Assembly: GCA_977017645.1 (NCBI GenBank)
Contig: OZ360227.1
Coordinates: forward strand, 95,046,001-95,110,000
DNA length: 64,000 nucleotides
Origin: Torpedo marmorata
Taxonomy: Eukaryota
Reading direction: 5' to 3'
Both the position numbers and the translations under genes were made by a program. The notes under the pieces were generated by a model, which saw only the letters and a program-made list of their open reading frames with translations, did no database searches and was not told where the DNA came from. Below, one piece after another: positions 37,301 through 49,384 of this stretch. Within the stretch, counting starts at the first letter, position 1, and each line of letters opens with the position of its first letter.

Positions 37301-40300
37301 TCGCCTCCTTGCATGGCTCGGAGGCTGAGGGGGGACTGTCGCGGTCGCGTACTTGTCTTCATCGGGAGCGGTGCCGGCCGCCGCTGATGATGTAAGCGAT
37401 GTAATAGCGCGCATGCGTAGGTGTGTTAAGCGTCAGTATATGGGTGATGAATCTCAGATGCAGGAGGAGGAGAGTGAGAGCGTCAGGATCACCTGTGTGG
37501 CAGTGAACCAATGAGAAAGTCAGAGGAGTTTAGCTGGGTGGTGTTTGGGGAGGTGAAGAATGCAATCTTGTGTCCAAAAGAAAGTCGACTTCATGGTGTG
37601 CTGAAAGAAACGAGTGAGTGTATTCTTTGTTTGTAAGCTGTGGTAAATCAGTGCCGTTACACCATCTTGGATCCCCATGTGAACTAGAATACTGCTCTGG
37701 TGAGTGCCAGGGCAGAGGTGCGGGTGATGGGCCACACCTACATCCAGCAATACCGAGAGCACCTCGCACCTGATGACCAGGTTCTTCCTTGTTATTGAGA
37801 GGGATTGCTGTACCCACAGACCCAATTTCTGGTGACCTTTGCAATCCCCTCCGATCAATTTTCGTTATATGCCTCGGCCCCTTCAAACCAGATCCCCAAC
37901 TCTTCAGGTCAGATCTGACTGTGAAGGGGATGGTGGACTGGTCAGACCAGTTACCGAAGAGCATTGCCTCGCTCTTCTTCCGGTTTACCCTGGTTCAGAC
38001 TCAAAATTGCTGCAGATGCTGAACAGTCTGCGGGCTGATCATGTGACCAAATGGAAGATGGTGACGTCATCCATATACAGGGAGGCCTTGCCCTTAGTGC
38101 CATCACTGCCTGGTAACGTCATTCCTCTTGCCCTTGTCCTTCCTGATGGATTCAGAAAAGGGCTCTTTGCAGCACACAATTAAGACTGGAGAGAGCAGGC
38201 AACTTTCCCTGACTCCAGATGATGGGAAAGCTATCTGTTTCCCACCCATTGATTTGGACTGTACTAGGGATGTCCATGTAGAGCAGTTTAATCTAATTTT
38301 GGATTCCCACCCCAAAACCCATTTTGGAGAGCAACATCCATCATGTACATGCGTTGAAAACCTTATCCTGGTCTAAGATGACCAGGCAGGTGTCCACCTC
38401 CCTGTCTTGAATGTAGGTGATGATATTTCTGAGCCATGTACAACTCAGCTGGTAAGCCATGTCTTCCGGGAGTTTTACTTGACTGAAATGAACGGATGGA
38501 GTCCTTCTGCTTCCCTGGGTAATTGGCTGGTCCATACTCTCCTGCTTGCTGTCATCTAAGAGCTCTATGATAGAGGACAGGAAGTTTTGGGTGGCCATTC
38601 TGTCAGTGTCCTTAGTGTGCAGTTTGGCATAAAATGATCATCCGTATGCCTGTCTGTGAGGATGTGACTGAGCCATCCTCTTCCTTAAGGCTCCCTCAGT
38701 GAACTTTTTGGAAGAAGCGTGAGCATGTCTCATTCTGCTCCACTGCGATCGGAAGATGATCTTGGAGTTCCTCTCTCACATCCACCCCTCTTGACTGCAG
38801 AAGGAGGAGGTGCAGCAGGTCAGTCTGGAGTTGGTTCAGTTCCCTGCAGGGTTGCTGAGGATAAAGAACCTCTTAATGTTCTCCTTGGTTGCTTTGCACC
38901 AGTTCACTGGGGAGTCAAAGAAGGGTTTCATGGTTCTCCAACCAGCATATTCCTTCTTTAGTTCCTCTACGTTATCTGGGTTCAGCAACATCACTTTCCC
39001 CTGCCCACCTCCTGGTCTTCCTGTAGGTGACAGGAGGTGCGAAAGAGGCAGTGGTCAGGGAAGAATGTGACGACAGTGGTTCTGACGTTGTTGGCCTTTG
39101 ACACGAAGAGGATGTCTATCCGAATTCGGATTGAGCTATCTGATCTCGACCAGTTGGGCTGTGGCTATGCTCCACCTGCAGGGTTGCTGAAGGTGTAACA
39201 CAGCTGTGCATCCTTTACTGTCAGGAGTCTGGAGCATCTGTCCATTCTGCTGTCAGCACTGCTGGATCATCCAGCTGCATCGATGATGCAGTTGAAGTCA
39301 CCGGCCTGGATGTTGCCAGCAACTGGGAGAGCTGCTGGAAGATGACCAGCCTCTCAGTCCGGACGGGTGAGGTGTACACATTGATCAGCTGGAGCAGTGT
39401 GTCACAGTGCTTCAGATCTACCACGAGGAAATGACCCCAACCACGTCGTTAACTTGGGTGATTACAAAGTTGTCTCGCTGCAGCAAGTTGCCCAGACTGG
39501 ATGCGCGAAAATCGTTCAACCCCCCCCCCCCCCCCCCGACCCTACAAACAACCCATGAGCCACCATTGCAACCACTTCTGATAGTTCCAGAGGTGTGGCA
39601 GCCCACAATCCTGCATGAAAATCACATCCGCCTTTACTTTGGCGATGTATTGCAAGACATTTACACATCATGCAGTGCATTTGATACTGCACATGTTGAG
39701 GGTTGCTATGTTAATCTCCGTTGTTGTTTATTGAAGTATCCAGTTCTCAGTCCATGCAGTCCATTGTCAATCAGCCTGAGCTCTCATGCCCACCGCTTTG
39801 GTAAACTGTAGCTCTGATTTCTGGCTCAGGAACGGGGGTTGATCTTCCTCTGGGAGTGGGGTCTCCTCGGGCGAAGCTGGTGGTGTCACTCAGGGTGGAT
39901 CTGGCTGTGCTCCTGCTTCTCTGTCTCCTGGCTGGCTTCTCCTTCTCCTGGGGGTGGGGGGATCGCCTCTGCGCTCTTCCTGTTCTCCTGGAGCTGGGGG
40001 GGGGGGGGGTGGGGTGGGCAATGGCTACTGCATTGCTCCTGGTCTCCCAGAGCTGAGGGGGGTTGCTGGTGCTGTACATCCCACAGTTGGGCTTACTAGT
40101 AACCCGTTGTCCTCCGTTCTTTCCCCTCTGCATTGGCGCTTCCTCTGCCTCCGTCCAATGCTCGTGCTGGCTTCATCCTCCCATGACGAGGTTGCTGGCT
40201 TTCATTTGTGCCTTGACCCTTTTCTTCCCACTGCTTGCAGTGTCAGTTTTCCGTTTCTTTGGTGAGTCTTTTTGGGTTTTCTTTTCTTCATCTGCCATCT

Positions 40301-41205
40301 TTCTTCTGCAGATCCTTGCTCCATCGACTCTGCCTCCTCAGGAGGGGCCTCTGGCCTTGTTGCTGAGGTTTGGGGTGGACGCGCATGGGGTCTCCTCACT
40401 TCCCCCAGTTTCTGTCTCTACTGGGGTCGCAGTTGAGGGGGTGTTGACCTCGCTGGAGGTGGTTATGTTGGCGGTTTACTCTCTATTACCTGTTTGTGGG
40501 TGGCTTCCTGTTTTGAGCAGCCTCTGTAGAGGTGGCCTGCTTCTCCACACAAGTTGCAGCACTTGCTCTCTTCACGGTCTGGTGGCCTTCCTGCTTGCAG
40601 ATCTTGCAGGTGACTGTGCTTGCATTGGGCTGCCACATGCCCAGATTTGTTGCAGTTGCTGCACACCCCGGGGTGTCCAGAGCAGACCAAGTATCCACGG
40701 TTCCCTCCAATGCTAAACACTTGGGGGGGGGGGGTGGGGCAGGGTAGATGATGGCCCCTTTTTGCTGTCCTCTCTCAGCTTCATCTTCACTTGCTATTTT
40801 CTGGTCCAGATTCCAAAGGTGTCTGTCGTCCACGCAGGTCCCTGTCCGCTACTGGCATTTGTGGGTTGAACATGTGTACCGTTATCACTCGTTACTTCAG
40901 TGTCGGAAGGGTGAAGAGTGGCTGTGCCTTAAATGGCAAGACTGAAGCCACATTCTTCTTCTCCTGGAAGTCCCGGAGCAACCTCTGCCATCCCGCCAGG
41001 GTTTTGAATGCCACATTAAAGTGACAGTCCTGAAGGCAGTAAATGTCCTTTGCCTCAAATTTGCAGCATTCCATCAAGACCTTTTGGACGAAGAGGTCCA
41101 AGGAAATTGGGGAACCTTCACTCAGGTCCTTCACTGTCGGTGTTCTGGGTTCTTTGCCTTCCCGAGGGGTTTGCTGCTGCGGCCATCCAGGTGAAACTTG
41201 CGTTT
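34337..41205 (-). mobile_element. Near full-length Tx1-clade non-LTR retrotransposon (CCHC ORF1, APE, RT), decayed
   Basis: Three zinc knuckles (CSNCNKSGHVAAQC, CKICKQEGH, CNLCGEAGHLYRGC), LINVY, LDQDKVFN, GVRESCLLSPVLIVCCKEPF, HxDLAWLAVRGALPVR. 14-bp TSD CAGGAGGTAAAGAT at 34323-34336 and 41206-41219. Confidence 0.9.
35391..37661 (+). mobile_element. Internally deleted gypsy-type LTR element (gag and protease only) nested in the Tx1
   Basis: LTRs at 35391-35733 and 37337-37661, tRNA-Trp-type PBS TGGTGACCCCG at 35736, PPT GAGGGGGGAC, FLVDSGAEISV protease, and a 4-bp TSD CCAT. Confidence 0.93.
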
Positions 41206-43352
41206 CAGGAGGTAAAGATGTATAGCCACAGTTTTGGGCCTGAGCCCTTTGTCAAGGTATGAGCAAAAAGCAGGCAGGCGTCTGAATAAAAAGACTGGGG
41301 GAGGAGCAAAGGGCAACAGGTCATAATTGGACGAGAACAGGAGAGGAAAGATGAGAATTGATCAGGGAGGGGTGTGGCTCTCTGAATTCGGAGCTGGAGG
41401 AAAGGGGGTCAGAAAGCAAGAGAGACAGATCTAGATGAAAGGATAGGGAAAAAGAGATGGGGGGGGGCTAACAGAAACCAGAGAAATCTATGTTAATGCC
41501 ATCTGGTTCGAGGATGCCCAAACGGAATATGAGGTGGTATTCCTTCAGTGTGTGTGGTCTACCTGGCAGTGCATGAGACCATGGACAGAGATGTCAGCAT
41601 GGGAATGGGGCGGGGAATTGAAATGGGTTGCCACTGGGAGGTGCTCGTTATTGTGGCGGACAGAGTGAAGAAGGTGCTCAGTGGAGCCATCTCCCAATTT
41701 GTGTCCAGTCTCTCTGATGCAGTGGAGACCACAACGGGAGCATCCATATAGTAGATGACCCCTGCAGATTCACAAGTGAAGTGTTGTTTCACTTGGAAGG
41801 ACTGTTTGGGGCTCTGAATGGTGGTGAGGGAGGAGGTGTGGGCATGTGTGGCATTTCCTGCATTCACCGGGGTAGGTGCCATGGGGGCAATTGGTGGGAA
41901 GGGAGGAGTGGACGAGGGAGCACAGAGGGAGCAGTACCTGGAGGGGAGGGAAAGATGTGTCTCGTGGTGGGATCATGTAGTGGGTGGCGAAAATGTATTT
42001 GGAGTCTGGTGGGGTGGTCATTGAGGACAAGGGAAATCCTGTTCTTGTTGCGCGTGGGGACAGAGGGAGCCAGGGCAGATGTGCGGGTAATAGAAGATAT
42101 CCAGGTGAGGGCCAAGTTGATGGTAGTAGTGGGAAAGCCACGTTTCTTTGAAGGAGGACAGGCACCAATACAGCATCCTCTGAATGCAGACTACTGATCC
42201 AGTGGATCGGCTGCTGGATTTTTCCACATTGCTGGTCTCCCCAAGTACAATAATTTAAAAATAGCACGCAAGTCTATTTGTTGTTGTTGTTCCCATCAGG
42301 AACATATTTTGTCATCGAGAAAATGCAAAAATGCTGGAGGCAATAGGCAGGTCTCGCAGCTTCCATAGGAGGTAAAGATATAACTAAAGTTTCGGGCCTG
42401 AGCCCTTCGTCATACTTTGAGCAAAAAGCAGGCAGGTGTTTGAATAAAAAGGCTGGGGAAGTAGGGAAGAAAGGGCAGGGAAAGAAGCACAGGCAAATGG
42501 TGATAATTGGACATGGATAGGAGGACAGAAGAGGAAAGGTGAGAATTTATCAGGGAGGGGTGTGGCTCTGTCAATGCAGAGCTGAAGGAAAGGAGACAGG
42601 GAAAGGAGGGTAGGGAGAATGAGAGAGAGGAAAGGATAAAGAGAGAGACGGAGTGGGAGATGGGTGCTGAAGGAAACCAGAGAATCAATGTTCATTCCAT
42701 CTGGTTGGAAGGTGCCTGAAGGGAATATAATATGTTGTTCCTCCAATTTGAAGGTGGTCTCAGTTTGGCAGTGTATGAGACCATGGACAGACATGGCATG
42801 GAATAGGACAGGGAATTGAAGTGGGTTGCCACTGGGAGATCTCCACTATTATGGCAGACAGAGCGAAGGTGCTCAATGAAGCAATCTCCCAGTCTCCCCG
42901 ATGTGGAGGAGACCACAACGGAAGCAGTAGATGACCCCTACAGATTCAAAAGTGAAGTGTTTATTCACTTGGAAGGACTGCTTGGGGCCCTGAATGGTGG
43001 TGAGGGAGGAGTTATGGGTGCAAGTGTAGCATTTCCTAGCATCACAGGTGTAGGTGCCAAGAGAGCAATTGGTGAGAAGGGAGGAGTGGACGAGGGAGTC
43101 ACAGAGGGGGTGGTCTGGGCACTCTCCAACCAGATGGCATTAACATTGATTTCTCTGGTTTCTGTTACCCTTCCCTGATCAATTCTCACCTTTCCTCTGT
43201 CCTATCCATGTCCAATTATTGCCATTTGCCTGTTGGACTGTACTCCTCCCCTGCCCTTTCTGCCGTCCTCCCCCAGAACTTTCATTCAGGTGCCTGCCTT
43301 CTTTTTGCTCCTACCTTGACAAAGGGCTCAGGCCTGAAAACATTGGTGATAT
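41206..43352 (-). mobile_element. Penelope-like element cluster: two tandem minus-strand 3' ends (41206-42170, 42315-43110) and an inverted terminal repeat (43112-43352, +)
   Basis: GIY-YIG region QSFQVKQHFTCESAGVIY, RLGDCFIEHLRSV, PVATHFNS, KLEEQHIIF..GT.QPDGMNID. The terminal repeat carries a TGAC(G)AAGGGCTCAGGCCCGAAAC hammerhead-like core. Confidence 0.85.
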
Positions 43353-43353
43353 A

Positions 43354-46300
43354 CCTCATGGTGGATCAAAAGTACCACGACACACTGCTCTGGCTGATCA
43401 ATGTATACACCTCACCCATGCGGAGTGAGAGGCTGACCATCTTCCAGCAGCTCTCACTGTTGCTGGCGATGGCCAGTCGTTCTGGCCGGCAACTTCAAGT
43501 GCATCAGTGATACAGCTGGACGATTTGGTGGTGCCGACAGCAGACTGGATGACTTCTCTTGACTTCTGATGGAGATGGTAAAGGATGCACAGCTATGTGA
43601 AACCTTCAGCGACCCTGCAGGTGGAGCACAGCCGCAGCCCACCTAGTCGAGATCAGACAGCTCGATCGGTCTCTATTAGACTTCCTTTACGTGTTAAAGA
43701 CCGTCAGAACCACTGACGTCACGCCAGTGTTCTTCTCTGACTGCAGCCTCCTTCGTGCCTCCTATAACCTACAGGAGAACCAATATGTGGGCCGGGGAAT
43801 GTAGAAGTTGAACATGAAGTTGCTGAGCCCAGAGAATGTAGAGGAATGAAAGTATGTTGATTGGAGAACAGTGAAACCCTTCTTTCATTCCCCATTGAAC
43901 TGGTGGGAAGCGACGAAGGAGAACATCGAGAGGTTCTTTATCCTCAAATGTGTTCAGAGAGCAAGACTGAGGCAGAGGAAACTGAGCCAACTCCAGTCTA
44001 ACCTTGCAGTAACTCCTCCTCCTACAGTCGAGAAGGGTCATTGTGAGAGGAATTCCGAGAGGTGAAGAGTCAGCAAGCTGCGCTATTCATCTGAGTCCTC
44101 CAAGATCATCTTCTGATCCAGAGTCCGCACAGTTCAGCAGGATCAAACATGCTCAAGTTTTTTCCAAAAGGTTCACAGTGAATCCACAGCCTTAAGGAAG
44201 TGAATGACTCAGTAACGAGCTCGCAGACAGGCATACAGAGGATCAGCAAATCCTTGCGTGCCGAACTGTACAACACTAAGGTTACGGACAGAATGGCCTC
44301 CCAGAACGTCCTGTCCTCTATCACGGAGGTCTTGGGCAACAGCAAGCTGGACAGTCTGGACCAGCCACTGTCCCTGGGTGAGCTGAAGGACTCCATCCAT
44401 TCCTTTCGGTTGAGTAAAACTCCCTGAAGCAATGGCTTACTGGCTGAGTTGTACATGGCTCAGTGGGCCTGGACCTGCTGGAAGTATACAACCCTATGCT
44501 CCTGGCAAGCAGCATGTCAGACTCCAGGAGGAAGGGTATCAAACTGAAGGAGGAGTAGGAGGTTATCAGGATTTGGAGACAGCCTCGCGCTGCTCAGAGA
44601 TACTATTGTCTACGTGCAGGACGGGGGTGGAGACCTGCTTGGTCAGCTCAAACCAGGAGAAGGCTTTCGATTGGATATTGCTCTCCAAAATGGGCTTTGG
44701 GGAGGGAATCCAAAATTGGATTCAACTGCTCTACATGGACAGTGCAGTCCGAATCAATGGGTGGGAAACCGATAGCTTCCCCATCAAGTCTGGAGTCAGG
44801 CAAAGTTGCTCGGTTTCTTCAGTCTTGTTTGTGTGCTGCATAGAGCCCTTTGCTGAATCCATCAGGAAGGACAAGGACATAAGACGTGTAACATTCCCAG
44901 GCAGTGGAGGCACTCTGGTCAAAGCCTCCCTGTATGTAGACGAAGTCGCCGTATTCTGTTTAGACTCACGATTGGTCCGCAGACTGATCAGCATCTGCGG
45001 CCATTTTGAGTCTGCATCGGATGCCTGGGTAAACTGGAAGAAGAGAGAGGCAATGCTCTTTGTTAACTGTTCTGACCGGTCCACCGTTCCCTTCACGGTC
45101 AGATCTGACTACCTGATGGTGTTGGTGATCTGGTTTGGAGGGGCCAAGGCAAGCAAAAAAAATTGGTTAGAGCAGATTGCAATGGTCCACCAGAAATTGG
45201 GTCTGTGGGCATAACTCTCCCTTTCAATAACAGGGAAGAACCTGGTCATTAGGTGCAAGTTGCTCTCGGTACTTCCATACGTGGCACAGGTGTGGCCCAT
45301 CCCCTGCACCTCTGCCCTCTGCCCTGGCACTCACCAGAGCAGTATTCTGGTTCATATGGGAATCCAAGATGGCAAGGGTTCGAAGGGTCGCCATATACAT
45401 CGCCAGACAAGGCGACAAGGGTGTACCCAGTGTTGCCCTCATCCTGAAGACCCCCTCAGTGTGTGGCTGCATCAGGCTGTGCATGGAATCAAAGTACGAG
45501 GGCACCAAGTGCCTCTGTGCTGAGGTTCTATCTGTCCCAGGTGTTGCGAAGGATGAGCCTGGTCCCTTTGCCACGCAATGTTCTAGTCAGCTAGACTTTG
45601 CCACACCATCTATCCTTAGTGGAAAAGTTTTTCCAGACAAATCCCTTTGACCACAACGCCATCAGGCAGCAGTTAGCACGGAACATCCTGCAGACACTGA
45701 GAGATGAGGACTCTATGGACACGGTGGGGTGGTTCCTGAAGCAGACCGTCCAGGTCGTTTGGTGGAATGGCTCATCACAAGTGCTCACAAACAAGCACCA
45801 GGACTTGGCCTGGCTGGCATTGAGAGGAGCCCTCCCAGTCAGAACATCACCCACAATGCACACTGACTGCGAAATGACTGCCGTGGAGTGGACACAGTCG
45901 CCCACCTCTTTGCAGAATGCAGATTTGCGAAGAGTGTGTGGAGAAGAATGCAAGGGTCCTTGTCACGTTTCTTTCCTAGCAACTGCGTGACAGAGGACTC
46001 TGCTTTACGGGCTGTTCCTGAGGATGTATACAGAGTCAGACATCTGGAACTGCAGGCAGACCATCAACTTGGTGAAAGACACACTTTGGTCTGCCCGAAA
46101 CCTATTTTTCTTTCCGCACACTGAGATGTTGGTGCAGGACTGCTGCTGACTGGCATATTCCAGTCTGCTGGAGAATGTGCTGAGGGACAGAGGCTTTACG
46201 CAGCCAACATGAGGGCGCTGTGGGGTAAGACCACAATCTAGAGTCCATCCATTACTGGGTATTGAGGGGATGCCCGTCAAATAACCGAGGGGAGTAATGA

Positions 46301-46427
46301 CAAGGTACCACAGTGGTGGAAATGCTGCTGAATAGAACTGAATGTAAAAATGTACAGTGATGAAAATGTATGGATACGAAACCAAGGGTGCAAAGAGACT
46401 TTAAATGATTTTCCGTTTGTAAATATA
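43354..46427 (+). mobile_element. Second Tx1 copy of the same family, 5'-truncated (APE, RT, C-terminus)
   Basis: LINVYTSP, NQEKAFD, GVRQSCSVSSVLF..IEPF, LYVDEV, HQDLAWLALRGALPVR. Collinear with 34337-39430 on the opposite strand. Confidence 0.9.
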
Positions 46428-46494
46428 GGGAGGAGTTCTGCTTTCTCAAATCTCTGGCTGCATGTGGACTGCTGTGGTGTGCAAGTTCTCTGGC

Positions 46495-46792
46495 ACCTCA
46501 AAGTCCCCCACCACCCAGGCCATGCCCTCTTCACTCTGCTACCATTGGGGGGAAAAAGGTACAGGAGCCTAAAGATGAGCACTCAACGACACAAGGACAG
46601 CTTCTTCCCCGCTGCCATCAGATTCCTGAATAATCAATGAACCAGACACTGCCTTACTTTTCGTGCACTATTGTTTATAATTTTTTTTATAGTAATGTCG
46701 TAAGATGGTTATAATATGGATGTTAATTGCACTATGATGCTGCCGCAAAACACCGAATTTCATGACTTGTTCATGACAAATTCTGATTCTGA
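46495..46792 (+). mobile_element. Rex/Babar LINE 3' end
   Basis: PHHPGHALFTLLP..KRYRSLK...DSFFPAAIRFLN followed by a (ATTCTG)n tail. Confidence 0.88.
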
Positions 46793-48139
46793 AGCTGCCT
46801 TGGGTAATTTGGAAGGTCCTCATGTTTTGCAATCAATCTTTTAATGTATACTGTCTTTACCTATATCCCTTGTAGGACAGCAAGGATGCCCTTGGTGCAA
46901 TGCATACTGTGCTGTAATATCTCTCTTCATTTGTGCAGACCTTTCTAGTTTCACCAGTTGATAATGTTTGCCTCAGCAGGTAAAATTGTGTGACATTGTT
47001 GTTGTCACGTTTGCTTCATTGTTCCTCCTCATTCACTCTGTGCTCTACACTTGCATCAACTGTAAGCTATGAGAGGGACATGATTAACATCTGCATTTGG
47101 AATCAAGTATAATCAGAGACAGATGACTGTTTTTGGCAGTAAGAGGGAGTGATGTATTGAAACAAATTGATTTATTAAAAATAAATGAATGACATTTGGC
47201 TATTTGTGATACTGGAGAGGAGTTTGAATACCAAGTAATACATCTTTAGAAATGTTCATCTTTGTGAATAACGGTTATTATTTCTGCATATGAATCATTC
47301 TGAAAATGTGTTAAGGGGAAGTACAAGCTTCAAAAATAATTACACAACCCCAGACAATCACAGTTGTAAAGGACTGAGAATTAGAGAAAGGTTGCAATTC
47401 TAAGCAGGCCAAAGACGCAGCCAGATCTTATTACTATCAAATCAGTGGAACTGAAACATTTTAGTTTACCCTCAAAGGTTCATTATCATTGTCAGCAGGA
47501 GCAGACATTTTCACTTCCACCTCATTAACCACTTTCCCCTTCAAAAAAAAAAGGCATATGGTGGTACAAACCAAGGTACAGTATTAGAGAAGAATAGCTC
47601 TTGTAAATTACAGCAAACATTTTTCTTTTATTCCACTTAAAAAGATTGATACATGGAACAAAACTCAATATTTCAGATTCTGTGACCTAGTGTTCTATAA
47701 TTTATTTGCATGAATGGCATTTGTAGTCTTTAGTGAAGCAAGTTAATCTAAGCAACTTGGAAACCAAATTACACATGTAAACACAACGCTATAGGAACAA
47801 AACCAATATTGAGCACAGAAATACGATGAAAGAGAAACAATGATTTGCACAGAGATGAACAACAGCAAGGATATTAGGACATAGCTTGTTCCCTTTGCTT
47901 CATTTTAGCACTGTCAAATCTTAGTCTATCCAGTGTTAGTGAGAAGTTTGTTTACTAGCTACAGTGGAAGTGAATTTTTAAAAAAAATTGGAATTGAATA
48001 GAACTGATAATTCCTGAATTAACAAAAGAAAATTGAGATGAAAATAGAAAATGCTGAAAAAAGCTCAAATATTACTAATGAAAAATCATCACCTGAACTT
48101 TCTAATCGGTTTCATTGTCTGAATGCTCCTTAATTTTAA

Positions 48140-48357
48140 TTTAGAGATGCATACAGCAGGCCCTTTCGGCCCATGAGCCCGTGCCACCCAATTACACACA
48201 ATTAACCTAAAACCCTGGTACGTTTTTTGAACTGTGGGAGGAAACCCACGCAGACAAGGGGAGAACATACAAACTCCTTACAGACAGCGTGGGATTCGAA
48301 CCCTGGTCCCGACCGCTGGTGCTGTAAGTGTTGCGCTAACCACTATTCTAACCATGC
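48140..48357 (-). mobile_element. tRNA-derived V-SINE (HE1-like)
   Basis: B-box GGTTCGAATCCC on the minus strand, V-domain ACCCACGCAGACA.GGGGAGAACATACAAACTCC, and a CR1-like tail CAGGCCCTTTCGGCCCA. Confidence 0.85.
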
Positions 48358-49384
48358 TTGACGTGGAAAGTATTGCCAACTTTGCTGTTTTTACTTAAAA
48401 TTAAAATTGTTAACTGAAGACTTGCCAGTGCCTGACTGCCACTCTACGATATAACTATTCTGTTTGTTAAAGCTAAATAAATTTCTGATCAAGCCATCTT
48501 AAATAATATTTTCCAAATCTCTTTTGCAAATTTTGTCAGAGCTGTTTTTAAAACAAGTATTGTATCATCCTGTAGATGGTGCTGTGATAGCTTGTACTGT
48601 ATTGCAATACATTTTTTACGCAGATTGATCAATTTACCCTGCAATTGTCCAGTTAGCCTCAAAATGTTCACCTTTTTCTTCCACTGATGCTGTTTGACCT
48701 GCTAAATCCATCCAGCAGAGCATGTTTAGCTTCAGATTCCAGCATCTGCAGTCTCCTGTGTGTGCCCAGTTAACCCACTGATTTCCACATGATTCAAAAA
48801 CTCCCTAAATTTAGTTTACTGTCCACTAGTTTTGCCATTTTCCTCTTGGTAATTGAAATGTTCATTATCTGCAATAATGGGTAAATAAAAAGGTGCAATA
48901 TACTGATTAAATTTATTCCTTAAATTGTCCTAGAACTTGTTTTTAATGACCAGGCTCAGCTGAAAGCCAAGCTTTGGACATAACGTTTTTTGCTTTGAGT
49001 TGGGACATTGAGCTGAATTTGTGGTTTAAGTGTGCATAACAATTTTTTTCCAGATGCTGCTATGCAGGTGAGGTATCTTCATTTTCGTGTTAGTTTTCAA
49101 AGAATAACTGCAGCAATGGAATTTTAAAGAAGAAATAACTTTTTATTGAGTATCTTTAACATGTCAGATGTTGATTCAAGATTTCAACAGCATTACTACT
49201 GCAAGAGAAAGCTACTCCATTGGGCAGGTTCCATTTCAGCCAGATTGGAACTTGTGTAGGTAAACAAGAAAATTGCAGATGCTGGGGTCAAGTAACCAAA
49301 CATGCTGGAGCAACTCAGCAGGTCATGCAGCATCCATAGGAAGTAAAAGGCAGTTGACGTTTGGGAACTAGTGTCCAAGCATAT

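Noticed and set aside
46876-46979. AG-GACAGCAAG (DSK..) as possible CERKL exon 2
   Set aside because: Wrong phase for the DSK match, stops in both relevant frames, and no further similarity to CERKL.
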